The position numbers were made by a program, and so were the translations under genes. Below, piece by piece: positions 51,818-64,000 of a DNA stretch of 64,000 bases. The stretch is from Lama glama (taxonomy: Eukaryota). The notes below the pieces were generated by a model. It was not told the DNA's origin and made no database searches. It saw only the letters and a list, made by a program, of their open reading frames with translations. The stretch covers positions 87,112,001-87,176,000 of the forward strand of contig CM052816.1 of NCBI GenBank assembly GCA_028534125.1. The letters run 5' to 3'. The stretch's first letter is position 1; every line of letters starts with the position of its first letter.

Positions 51818-52775
51818 TGTATTAGAAACCTCATAGATTTCCATTTCTGCATCACAAATTATTGCAGATTTTGTAGCTTATAAAAACAAATGAATTATCT
51901 CTCAGTTTCCATGGGTTAGGATTCCCAAGTAGAGCTGGATTGAGATCTCACCTGAGGTTTGGGGTCCTCTTCCAAGCTCTTATGGTTGTTGGCAGAATGC
52001 CATTTCTGTGATTACGTAATTGAAAGTCCCCATTTCTTCCTTGCTGCTCTCATCTCCTTAAGACTGCAGTGAGTTTTTGCCATATATCTCCCTCCAGAGA
52101 ACCGCTTACAATCTGACAGCTTGTCTCACCAAGACTAGTAGTCTTTTTTTTTCTTTTTCAGTTTTACTGGGTAGAATTATTACAGTTTGACTGCACATAC
52201 ACATTATATTGCATGTAAGTACATACATACAATATACTGCACATATTTGTTTTTAGTTTACAGATATGTGTGGATCATTGTTTCTAAGAAGAGATTAGAG
52301 CTTTAGCTTTTCAAACTTATATAGTTATCAAAGGAATAAAGCCAAACACAAAATAAGAACAGAATGTGGTAATCCAGTCACAAAGGACAGTCAAATATGT
52401 GTATACATATTTAAGAAATCAGTCATCTAAGTTATAAATAATAAGTAGTTCACTTGTGTCCTTATTCATTATTATTATTGTTTTAGATTCCACCTATAAG
52501 TGATACCATTTGGCATGTTTCTTTCTCTTTCTGGCCCACTTCATCAGCAGTCTTGTAATTCTCTCTAATCTGCTACTGAGCAGTCAGACATAACATAATG
52601 TAATCATAGGAGTGACTCCCTTACCATCTTTGTCATATAACATAACTTAATCACGGAAGTGACTATCCCATAACATTTGCAGGCTTCACTCATACTCAAA
52701 GGGAGAGAATTATTCAGAATATGTACAACACAGCACACAAATCTGAGGGGTCATCTGAGAATTCTACCTACAACA
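51818..52775 (-). mobile_element. MaLR LTR (MLT1D/E-like), interrupted at 52146-52545
   Basis: tcctcttccaagctcttatggttgttggcagaat ... aatcataggagtgac ... catactcaaagggagagaattat ... tctacctacaaca. Confidence 0.75.
52146..52545 (-). mobile_element. Retrotransposed chimeric insert: ~100 bp L1 end + ~285 bp unassigned sequence + poly(A)
   Basis: Minus strand encodes EVGQKEKETCQMVSLIGGI* (L1 ORF2 end). T-tail at 52144-52158. Near-TSD agtagtctt (52137-52145) / agcagtctt (52546-52554). Confidence 0.65.
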
Positions 52776-54696
52776 TTGTATTAAATGTGTCATTATTTTG
52801 CTTAGCTATCTCTTTTGTGATTTTTCTTATATCCATCTTTCTTTTAAAAAGTTTTGGCTAATCATCTCCATATAGTTAAATCCAATTGAAGTTACAAATA
52901 ATTATAATTAAACACAGTTACAAACAGCTGTAAGCCATCATTTTCCTTGACCTTTTAGCAGACTGCAAACTCTTGACCATTTCTGAAACACAACGCTCCC
53001 CTAACTCATTAAAAAGTTGTGTTATTATGCATTCTAAGGCTAATTGGGGTCAATGGAGTGACAATACCTATTTTTCGCTCCTTCCAAGCAATGGGTTATG
53101 TGTATTTCTCAAGTAATAGGCAAATAAATCTTCACCTAACCACTCATTTGATGTTTTTACACTAATAATTCTTTAGAAAACCTATGAAACTGATCTTTCT
53201 TCTTCCATATGTGTTAGAGTTATGCCAAATTCTATAGTATTGGTGGCTATTCTGAGGTGGACACACATCCTTAAGTTGAATCCTCTAGGACCCTGATGAG
53301 CAAGGCAGAAGCTGGTCATAATAGATATACTATTCAAATTTGACATAAAAAGTTAAACGTACCTTTAAAAAAAGCTGAGCTTTAGAAACAGAATCGTAAG
53401 TGGGAGAAACAATATTTATTGAGATTGATTAAAGAAAAAAATAGCTATCAAAGATGAATATCTTTTGTATAAAATGTCTGCTTTGCCGGTGCTGGCTGAA
53501 CAGATCCATAACTCTCGAAATTTTGCCTGCTGAGCATGAGAACACAATTATAAGGTGTTTCTGTGCCAGATTTTTATGAAGGCATATCAGAAACAAATCC
53601 ACACTGCTTCTATATTTATGATTACCATTAAAATGAATAGATGTAAATATATTGTATTTATATATATTAGAGGTCTGTGCTGTCATATTTTGCAATAATA
53701 TGATGACAAGCAAAATATTTACTAGAACTCTGAATCTCTGTAGCAAAAAATATTAGTCTAGAAATAAATGTATTTCCTTGTTGGGTTCTGATTTCTATTA
53801 CTTTTTTTTTTCTATTTTTCATTATGTAAACTCTGTGTTCTTTCTATTAAAATATTCATATTTACACACTGTCTAAATTGCAATTACTGGACGTGGTACA
53901 ACTATTATAATAGCATTTATACTATATGTCCTCATTGACACTGACCAAGGGAAATATTAGCTGAATTGCCAAGTGTGCTAATTATAGAGTTATCACATCA
54001 GCATATATAATTATGAAGCCAGGCTAACCAATAGTAATCCTTAGAGACAATCTTTCAGCTACAATACTGATATACATTTTACAGTTTAATTGCTAGTATG
54101 CAAATGATAAACCCTATTTACTTCTATAGGTATTTGCATGTTAGTAAATGTTAACTTAGATAGACCCTCTATGTGTTTATATCCAGAATATCTCATTGTA
54201 ACCAGTCATGGTTTCATTTATACAAAATCTGAGTGTATCCATTGTTGACAACTCGAATTAATAATTACCAATCAAATTGAACCGTGTTTATCAAGCATAA
54301 TTCTATATCAGAAAATAGGTGCGTAATGTAGTTTATTATACTTTATTATTCTATAGCAATTTAATTTTTTGGACTCGATAAAAACATAATTCTATTCCAT
54401 TCTTCATTAAATTTATTTTCCTCAGTGATGTATCTAGCCCCTAGAGTTATTAGACAGCATCAGAAATTCAGAGCAGGGGTTGAGGCCACATCTAAGACCT
54501 TACTCAGAGGTCCTCTGTAAATATCAAGATGTCCATTGCTCCTTTAAAAGCGACTATTTCTTCCTGAGTTTTGAGGGTTTTATGAGGGCACAAGATTCTC
54601 CACAACTTGAAGATTAAAACATTTAAGCTTACTGTTTTCTTTTTGATCTTTAAAACATTTTAAATTAAATTTTTGAGATGTAAAACTGCCCTGTTG

Positions 54697-54728
54697 AAAA
54701 AACAAACAAACAAACAAACAAAAAAAAA
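54697..54728. repeat. A-rich (AAAC)n simple repeat
   Basis: Read directly from sequence. Confidence 0.85.
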
Positions 54729-55299
54729 CGATGGTAGGAACTGTATAAAGTAAAGAAGTAAAACTTCAGTCCCCAAACACTGGTAACATCATTAACAGTC
54801 GGAACCTACATTTTCAGATCTCTTGTCTGTGGAATAGTAAATCAAATTATGAGTTCTATGTATAGATACTTCCGTCACTTCTGTGTAATCATTTTATAAC
54901 TATTTTTCTTCAACTGGTTTTTCAATTTTAATCTATTGCTGGAATAATTGTATAACAAAATTCAAAGGAAATTCAAAAAGTAAAATCTTGTTAATAATCC
55001 TATAGTACAATTATTTTTATTTCTTCGTAATTTTTCACAATCTCTTCCCAATGATGAATAATAAAAATAATAAATATGTTTGTGTATTTTATTTATAGAT
55101 TCTGAAAAAAGTACAACCATTTATACTAGGCATTTTGTTATTTTAGTTATTTTATAGTATATTTATCAGGAGAATATATATTCAGATTAAATACAATCAA
55201 AAATGTATTTCTTGGCTTAAAATTATAACATCAAATATAAGTAATTTAACTTTCCTCATTCTAAATTTATTCTTCTAACAAACAACCGCTTTTAAATTA

Positions 55300-57560
55300 A
55301 TTTTCTTTTTTTTGCTGTTTGTTTCTGTACTTCTAATTTATTCCCATTTCTTGATTCCATTACGTGTTTATATTACTATACATTGATGTTAATATACAAT
55401 GAGGCTTAAGTTATCCTAAATCCTCTGTTGCCTGCATGTATACATTTATTTCCACTCTTAAAATATCCCAATAAAATTATACCACCTTTTAAATGATATC
55501 AACATTCAATTTTTATATTATGTTGTCTGAGTAAATATTCAAATCTAAGACACAATATGCTATGATTTGATTACATTGCTCTTATTGATTTTTGTTTTCT
55601 TCAGTAAAGATTGTAATTGCCTCATGCTTTTAATTTGCTAATTTTATGTGCTTATTATAAATTAATTTCCAAACACTGACAGATATGAAAAATCTGCTCT
55701 CATTATTTTCAAAGACAGGTTTTAAAGCTTTTCTCTTTCCTTCTCTTCTTACTTTCCTCCATCCTTTCCTTCCTTCCTTGGAGATATACCCCCTTGGAGA
55801 GAGATTCCCGGGTGTCCTCCTTTGTCATCTTACACAGCTTTCCTCCTGAGCATTTCATTGTCCATTATTCTGAAGATTCATTTGCCTCTTAAGGTGAATC
55901 ACCTGCTTCCAATGACAAGACTCCTTACCATCCCCTTTCTTAATTTACTCCCTCAGTTGGATCAAACACCTTCAGTATCGTCATGAGAAAACTCACATTG
56001 CCATTAGGGAAGTATCTGTTAAGAGAAAATCAACTGATAAAATATTTTTAGCACTTTCCCATGAATACTTCTGAATTATAAAGAATATTGTCTCAGGATT
56101 GTGTAAGTTTCTTTTTCTTGGCATTTTACATTACAGTGGTATTCTTAAGAAGTCTGAAGCCCCTTCCATTCCTAACCCTTTCTTAGTTGTCAATTTTCCT
56201 TGCTTTGATTATTTCAGATTCTACACTGTTGTGCCTTGGTATGAGGTTGTAGATTCATTTTTTTCCCTTTAGTGGGCTGCTTACTTTTGAATAGTCACTT
56301 TATTTCAAAATGGAATACTTTTTATTCTTTAATTTAGGAAAGTTTTCTTATTTAATTTGTTTTATTTTTATTTTTTCATATTTTCTTTTCTTGTTTTTAA
56401 ACTGTATTCTGAAACTCATATTTATGGAGATATTGGAGAATGCTACATTTGTAAATTTAGTATTATATTAAAAATATTTTCCTAATCCATTGTGAATTTC
56501 CACAACTTATGTCTTATTTATCTGATTATAGATCTTAATAATATCCTTATATAATCTTTATATAATGCTTATCTTTGTATAAGATTATAATCCTTATGGT
56601 CCTTATAATCTTATTATATATTCTTTTGTATGTCTCATCGTTTATTTTTAATTTTTAAAGATACACTGTTTGCTGTCTGAATGTTCTTTATTTTATTGTT
56701 CATCTTTTGTTTTTTTGTCATGGATGCAGTATTTTCTCTCTGACTCCAAAAACATTGCTATTTTTGTAAAAATTTTTCTGAAAGCATACATGGTTTCTTT
56801 TCTCTAAATTATTTCCTTTTTATTTGCTTTGATATATGTCTTTCATTATAGACTTTTCTCAAATGTCTTAGGAATTTTCATTGTTGTGTCAGTAAAGATA
56901 ACTACATTATACTGAAATGAAAAAATGTCTCCACAATGCAGCAATAAGGTGAAGTTTAATTTCTGTCTGTTGCTATCTGTTCATAAAGTTTGCTTTGGGG
57001 ATCTGCTCTGTGTCATCATCATGTTCACTCTGTGACCCAGGCTGACGGAGTGGCAGTTATGGATGGTATCCAATGACTGTGGTAGAAAGAAGCCTTTAAT
57101 GTTTCTGTCCAGAAATGAAAAATTCACCTCTATCCACAGGCTACTGACCACAGCAGTCCCAGGGCTGTGCCTAAATTCAGTGCAGCAGGAAAGAAAACCC
57201 TGCCACATGCCAAGGAGAGATGGAAAAAAAAAAACAGTTTATAAACAAATATTTAACATCACACAGGAGTGCCTTCATAATTAACAATGAGACACTAAAA
57301 TGCTAATTGTGCACTTTGAGAGATCAGTGGAATTTACCTTTTTAATAGAGGACCCAAATGTCATTTTCTGGTGTTTTTTTCCATTGGCAAATAAGCTTTC
57401 ACAGAAAGAAATTCTCCAGTTTCTCTTTTTCTATGTGTAGACACTGTTTCACAATCATATTACAAACCCCCTTTTTAAGTGTGTGTGTTGTGAGTTTAGA
57501 ATGAGTCTGAGTCAACATAGTGTTTGAGTTTTGACCATTTTGTGTCTATAATCAACAGAA
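55300..57560 (-). mobile_element. Old HAL1/L1M fragments
   Basis: T-rich; aagaagtctgaagcc, acactgttgtgccttggtatg, tttaatttaggaaagttttctt, gtcatggatgcagtatttt are antisense HAL1-like phrases. Confidence 0.5.
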
Positions 57561-57809
57561 CCTATAATTTTTAATTATCTGTTTGGAGCTTTATTGTTGA
57601 GGTGGAGAAGAGCATTTAGCCTTCTAAATTCTTTCTTTAGAAACCTTCAAGCCATTTTGTATTTTCAGCCCCCAGAGTACTCAAAAAGTAGCCTTTGTTC
57701 TACTCAGGCCTTCAACTGATTGGTTGAGGGTCACGCATAGTAGAACCCACTAGCATTTCTATTTTCAACACTTTTCTTCCTCTCCTTATTTATAATATGA
57801 TTATATATT

Positions 57810-58648
57810 TTTGATGGTTAATTTATGTGTTAGTTGTGGGAACTGCCATAACAAATTACCATAGAACAGGTAGCTTGAACAACAGAAATTTATTTCTCAA
57901 AGTCTGAAGGCTTAGAAGTCCATGATCAAAGTACAAGCTACTTGGGTTCTTTAATAAGAGATCTCTTTCTAGCTTACATATGGCTTCCTTATTGCTGTGT
58001 CCTCACATGGTGGAGAAAGTGAATTCTGGTGTCTCTTCTTATAAGGATACTAATCTCATCATGAGGTTCCCCACCCTAGCCCTACTTAACTCCAGAATGT
58101 CCCATCTCCAAGTACTATCATATTAGGAGTTAGGATTTCAACATACTAATTTCTACAGGACACAGATATTCAGTCTATAACGAGTGTCAACTTAAAGAGG
58201 CCACAGGGTGCCCAGATGTTTGGTTAAACTTTATTTCTGCGTGTTTCTGTGAGGATGTTTCTAGATAAAATATAACATTTGAATCAGTAGACTGAGTAAA
58301 GAGAACTGCCTTCCCTACTGTGGGTGACCCTCAACCAATCAGTTGAAGGCCTGAGTAGAATAAGAAGGCTGACTGAAGTAAGAGGGAATCCTCCTGTCGG
58401 AGTGCTTGACCCAGCCAATTGATCTCTTTTGGCCTTTGGACTTGAACTGATGCATCAGCACATACTGGGTCTAAAGTCTGTTGGCTTTTGGACTGGAACT
58501 GAAACTGTCATTTCTCTTGGGTCTCCAGCTTGTGGACTATTGACCTTGGGCATTCTCAGCATCCATGATGGCATAAGACAATTCCTTATAATTCATGTAT
58601 TTTCTATATCCTATTGGTTCTGTTTCTCTAGAGGACCCTGACTAATAA
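57810..58648 (+). mobile_element. MLT2 (ERVL) LTR with nested MLT1A
   Basis: tgatggttaatttatgtgt | gtgtcaactt...ggccacagggtgcccagatgtttggttaaac...tatcctattggttctgtttctctagaggaccctgactaata. Confidence 0.85.
57826..58182 (-). mobile_element. MLT1A-like MaLR LTR nested in the MLT2
   Basis: ctgccataacaaattaccatagaacaggtagcttgaacaacagaaatttatttctca ... ggatttcaacatac...cattcagtctataac-like end. Confidence 0.8.
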
Positions 58649-59479
58649 ACAAATAGAAGTATACAATTCTTACCTTGGTTTATCAACTTAGACTCGGGGA
58701 GAAATCCAAAATCTAGAAGTGCTTATTTTGTACTATACATAAGAGATAGAATAAAATGACATTATGTCAGTTCGTTGGAGGATGATTAAATGACCTTGTG
58801 CCAGCTGGAATGCCAAATGAAGCCATTTAATGCTCTCTCATTAAAACATTACTATAATTTTATTGCTTGAAATGATCTAATATAGCATCTTAAAATATAT
58901 ATTCCCTATGGGCGTATACTACTGATAGGCTTAAAAATGCTGAATATACAGTAATGCAAACCATTAAAATTTGCTGAGAGTAGTTTAGGTGGTAAATCCA
59001 GTATTCTTCAATAAGGGTGGGGCATTATTGATGACATACATATAGTTGGAGTAATTTTTAAACCCAGATTTTAATTGTAAATATGGTACAACTCCATGGA
59101 CCATTCAAATTGATGGAATCAAGATAATCAAGCTATACATAAATCTAAATCATGTCAGGAGTTAGTTTAGGGAGTGACTGAGCTTAAAGAATACCCACAA
59201 AATAGCATGAAAAAGACATACCATGAATTTAAGTCAACTTTTCAATCAACTTAATGTGAAAAACACGATTATTTGCATAAATTACTTTTAAAATTTTATA
59301 ATTTTTTAATAACTACATAGGTTTAATCAAAATATTATATATGGCATTATCTGCTGAGCATCTAAGCAAGACTAAAATTTCAAATATATAGGCAATATAT
59401 AATTTAGTGTGAATTTTCCTCATGTGTTTAAAACTTGATGAGTGTGAAGGTCAGATAGCTATGTTTTCTTAGCCATAAA

Positions 59480-60015
59480 ATCACCTTTTTAGACTGTTTT
59501 GTGAGCTAGGCCTGGGACTCTCCATGTCACATTTCTCCCATGTCAACTGACTCAACCAATGAAATGTTTTTCCCCAGTAAGAGGTAATACAGGAACTAGA
59601 AGGCTCTTTGTTCCCGATTTCTTTCAGCAACACCCCCCACTATGGTTTTTCACCTGCCAATGGCAGTTGTTTCCAGTAGTAGTTAATTCCAGTTTCCTTT
59701 TTCTCTCCCAAACTGCCAGCACCAATCTCATCACCCTACACTCAAAGATACTAGGACAGGCTGGCCTGGGGTAGAGGGGGCCCTTCACGAGAGGTCTGTG
59801 TCCTAGCTACCCCAGTCTTTTAATAACACCAGTCTTGTCTGTGTTTCCCCTCACAGACATAGGAATCCTAGCTGCTTCCTGCAATTTATTATATTATGTC
59901 TGTGGTAACTTTTGGTTTTCTTCATTTGCCTTTTGATTCCTCTTGTACATGATTAAATAATTCTTTACAGAAAATCTTCTCTGTCTAAATAAGATGACTT
60001 GTTCTGTTTTCAAGG
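59480..60015 (+). mobile_element. Degraded ERVL-type LTR (LTR33/LTR52-like)
   Basis: tagctgcttcctgcaatt...tttgccttttgattcctc...tcttctctgtctaaataa...ttctgttttc resembles the 3' end of this group. Confidence 0.4.
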
Positions 60016-60399
60016 AATTTAGCATGGTTTTAAGCAGTCAGATGAGGCTTAATTAAGACATTAAAATTTGGGTGCCTTTCAAAGGGGATTAAAATATGGG
60101 TGTCAGAGAAGAGAAGTGGGTGACATGGACCAGAAACATCAGTGACAGTGAACAGAGAAAATGAGACTAGATTAATTAGAATAGAAAATATATATTTGAA
60201 ACTAAATTGGGCAGGCATAACAGTGGAAAGTTTTGTTAATAACTATTTTTACAGGATGTAAATGGCTTTATAATTAAGTGAAAAAATTAAGTGATGTGTA
60301 TTATATAGATATGAAGTCCTTGAAAGCCAGCAAGTTACCTTTTATATGTGATAATATATTACTATTACAGTTTGGATAGACCAACAGGAAAATTTGTAT

Positions 60400-60830
60400 A
60401 AATGGGGGAAAAAGAACTTTATTTCTGAGTTTTGTTGTGACTACTGCTTTGGTTGGTTAAATTATGACTATAGGATATTTGAGGCTAAAATAAAAAGATA
60501 TTGAATATATATTATCTCTTGAGATTGAAGGAAATCCAAGTGTGAAAAGTGATTTTATTCCTTTAGTTTGAAGTTGGAATTGCAGTACTACACACAGAAT
60601 TGAGATGTGGTTGAAGAGTGATTCCAGGAAGACAGGAGATGGGAGAGATGGGGTTAGGATTTGAATTTTGATGACGCTGAGCTAGCAATAATGGCAGGCC
60701 TTTTAAAAGGAGATGTCATATAGGTGGGTAGAAATATATTCCTCTTTTATAGTAGAAGAGAGAGGGGAACAGATGTGTAAGGATACTTAAGTGGAGTGTT
60801 TGTATAATGCCACTGCAATAATATGGAAAT
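60400..60830 (-). mobile_element. L2 LINE fragments
   Basis: tttgaattttgatgacgctgagct...ggagatgtcatataggtgggtagaaatat. Confidence 0.45.
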
Positions 60831-61870
60831 CACTTTGACATAAATCATCTTCTCGGGAAATCTAAGAATATAAATATTTTTCCCTGGAGTTGGAAAGAGA
60901 GAAAAATCAAACATTTATTAACATGAAAAAAGTATAAAACAATACAATAAAACAACACTTTCTTGTGATACTATTTGTACATATACGTATAGTCCTTTCT
61001 GTTTTACCGAAGTATCTCAACATATAGGATTATATATTGGCTTTATTGTTCTTAGGGTATTAATTTAAACTGAATCTTATAAAATTTCTCTCTCTCTTAA
61101 AAAAATTGGTCCCTCTTTTTCTTGGCTGATTTCATGGCATCCTGGCCACATTAGGTTAAGAAAAGCAGTCTCTGCACAGACTTGATTGATGGACAAGGTA
61201 CCTAAAAGGCAAAGAAGAGTATGGTCTGCATTTCACTCCCCACATTTCAGGATCTTGAAAGGCAGAGGAAGGTGCAACTTTCCTAATGGGAATCCCCTCC
61301 CCCCCATTAGTCAAGCACCATCCATGGTTAGAAGAAAGAGGGTGGTATTATAGAAGAAGAGACTTTTTTATATAAGTAGTCACACCAGGGTAAGGGAGTC
61401 CCTGGCCTCAGTGGGATTTCTCCTGTCTGCTGCTGTTGGTCCAGGCTTTGTACATCTTCTCTGAATAAGTGTCTGGTTTTCTTTCTCTTTGGGTCACGTT
61501 CAGCTTGCCCTGGCGACTTGTCTCACTGACAACACACCTTACGGTGCAACCACCTCTCCCCTAAACCCATCGTCCGTCCATGAACCTACTCTTTGGTGGG
61601 GCTTTGTGCATCTTTGCCAGGAGTCGCTCAAGTGGCCCCATGCTCCTTCCTCCTCCTCTAGCTTCCCGGCTCCTTCACACGTGGACACTGGGACAGCTGA
61701 GGCTTCTTTCATGCCCTCAAAGAACAGCTTGGAGATTTGGCTACATGGGGTTAGATACCCTTTTCTTCTCAGGTCCTTATGGATTACTGTCACACAGCTC
61801 CCTCCTCCTCAACCTGCAGATGAGGAGTAAGGCACTCGTCTCCGTCATATGAGCCCACAACTCCAGGGAC

Positions 61871-62345
61871 TGTAATCGAGCAGGACCCTGTGGGGCCTTC
61901 CCGGGACAGACCCCTCCCCCACATCCTCTGCTGTAGCTCCTCTCTGAAGTACCCAGAACATAGTATCTCATGCATGTTTCCTGAGTATTTCAGATGCAGA
62001 AAACCACCACCAAATGGAAAAAATTAACTGCTTGATGATCCTGAGCACGTGGCTCTCAGACTTTCTTGGCACCAAGGGGTTGATAGTGTTGACAGCCCTG
62101 TTCCCTCAACATCAGCCAATCAGAGGATTGTGCACGAGCCGATCAGGTACCCCACGACCCCTCTCCCTCACCTGGCACTTAAATACGCTTTGCTGAAACC
62201 CTACGGGGAGTTTGGGGTTTTCCTGGATATGAGCCACCCAGTCCTCCTTGCTCGGCCTGCAAAAACCTTTCTCTGCTCCAAACTCTGACGTTTTGGTTTG
62301 TTTGACCTCTCTGTTCAGCCAGCACAAGAATTTGCATTCATAACA
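61871..62345 (+). mobile_element. ERV1 solo LTR
   Basis: TGTAA...TAACA ends; CCAAT box at ~62116; TATA-like ttaaata at ~62180; several CpGs retained. TSD poor (gggac/gaaac). Confidence 0.8.
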
Positions 62346-63351
62346 GAAACACACGTCAAGCTCCCTCTAAAAGTCTCTCACTACTGTTTGCCCTCCTCAG
62401 TGTCCTCCTTGGGGAGGGCCTATGGTTTCTGAAACCTGAGTAGTTTTGGACCAGAGAGTGATGTGCCTGACTGCTTCACACAGGGGCGGTCGCCCGTGTC
62501 TGTGGTGAGCCTCTTGAACAGGTCTGTCCTTACTGTTTAATGTGCAGCATTCACATTGAATCCCTTGGATATCTAAAGAGTTAAAAATTTTAAATTAAGA
62601 AGAATGGCTGTAAGCTCTGCTATGTTCTCTCCTCCTACTGTGATAAATATGCCGTCATGAGGACAAAATAAAACATGGTGTATAAAGCAACAAACTACAC
62701 CACACGCTCACTCAGCCCCCCTCTCCATCACTGTGGGATCTCTTTAGGATAAGCACTCATTGTCTCTCACCATATGGGGGCTGGTTTCCATTCTTCTGGA
62801 GGCCTGACTGTTTTCCCACTTATTACCCTCTCCCACCCCCACAATTCAGGGGCATCAAAAAGAGCACAAAGGCTGAAATTACAAAGTTTCTTCTCACCTC
62901 TTCAGGGGCCAGGTGACCACCTGACTACCTGGTGCCCCACAGGAACCCTCCCCTCCCACCTTCAGGTGTTTATAGGAGTTCGGGACTATAAGGCTGACTT
63001 TGAACTTAGAATTCTGCTGCTTGCAGGAGTTGGCACGTGGCTGGGCAGAGAGAGCTCCTCTGCTCCAGGCAATGGCCCATCCTGCATTTTCTACACCAAA
63101 GCTACTTCCAGCACTTGGAGGGTCCTTGTGAGTATAAGAAAACACCCATAGGTACACAAGTTCTCCCAAACAGGCCATCTTTGGACCCAGCACGCTTAGT
63201 ATGTGCTCCTGGCTCTGGAACCTGCCCACAGGAGGTGGAATCCTGGGAAGCAACTTGGCCTTGTTCATGCTATAATACAAGTTGGGGACTTTGTGCTGAG
63301 AATTACATGGTTCTAGCTTCTTGAAATTTAGTCAAGAAGGGGTCACTTGGG

Positions 63352-63900
63352 CAGTTGAGAAATATAATTAAAAACAAAATTTCCTCCTAATCCAGAAAAC
63401 CTCTCCACAAAGGTGGAAGAGACAGAAAACAATTTAAATATTGAAAATATATTAAACCATAGTATGATGTGCATCACAGGCCCCCATTTAAGAGCCTGCC
63501 AAGACAGAAAGGAATCCCCCCCTATTATGTAGCCAGGAATCTACCACCCATGACATGCATGGCCTCGAAATAAACCACAACTGGTCCTCAAGTAAGAGGA
63601 CTCGACAGCACCATTTGTCACACATAGTTCATCCTAAATTCACTTCATTGTTGAGGTGACTCTCTGTGTTAGCTTATTGGCTTTTACCAAATATTTCTCT
63701 TGTGTTTTTTTATGAAACAGTTATCCTTTGTTGCTCAAGAAACACTCTTGCAACAAACAAATCTGCTCCTCAGAGAATGAGGGTTCTTGCTCTTTGCTCA
63801 GCCCCAGGTATTTTAAAGATAACCCAGTCCTAAGTGGGCTTCATCTCAAAAAAATGAATCTTTCGGATTTATTTTAAATTAATCTTAGAATTCATTCTTG
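63352..63900 (-). mobile_element. MER4/MER34-group ERV1 LTR
   Basis: ccagaaaacctctccacaaaggtggaagaga...ggtcctcaagtaagaggactcgacagcaccatttgtcacacatagttcatcctaaattcac matches a recalled eutherian ERV1 LTR; exact family uncertain. Confidence 0.7.
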
Positions 63901-64000
63901 CAGAGTCAGGCCTTATTCTTTTTGCTACTATTTCTTTTTAAAATGTCTCTTCTTTAGGGAAAATGCTTAATATTCATAGCATTAATTTGTTTTATGGAAA

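Noticed and set aside
56579..56614. 12-bp inverted repeat ataagattataa/ttataatcttat
   Set aside because: Lies in a low-complexity AT-rich slippage tract.
61489..63324. Cluster of 60-128 aa ORFs on both strands
   Set aside because: No domain, splice or codon evidence. They overlap a solo LTR and probable older LTR debris.
1..64000. CRISPR array, tRNA/rRNA genes, operon-like system
   Set aside because: No regularly spaced direct repeats, cloverleaf or rRNA-like sequence seen; the DNA is mammalian and repeat-derived.

Overview
AT-rich mammalian non-coding DNA (gene desert or deep intron). I found no credible protein-coding exon, RNA gene, CpG island or CRISPR array. Nearly every ORF in the track is a chance ORF or lies in a transposable element. 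The window is a layered transposon record. Old layer: L2, MIR, L1M/HAL1, MaLR (MLT1/MLT2), MER54, MER5A, two LTR16/ERVL remnants and a probable fossil hAT transposase. Younger layer: six ERV1-type solo LTRs, several with intact TG...CA ends and 4-bp target-site duplications (TSDs), and lineage-specific L1 insertions with TSDs. The style of the young L1 3' ends, and the absence of Alu, B1/B2, Bov-A/BovB, PRE1, CHR and Can-SINEs, suggest a camelid genome (inference). A 500-N scaffold gap lies at 41238-41737. I see no evidence of a new multi-gene system. Best leads: (1) a 400-bp polyadenylated L1/unique-sequence chimeric retro-insertion; (2) a near-perfect 46-bp inverted copy of a nearby ancient LTR segment; (3) a twin-primed L1 lacking its RT domain; (4) three-level LTR nesting in an ERVL provirus; (5) a possible hAT transposase fossil; (6) a motif-dense candidate enhancer at about 31.7-32.0 kb. 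Repeat family names come from recalled consensus sequences, not from a database search. Boundaries of old elements are approximate.
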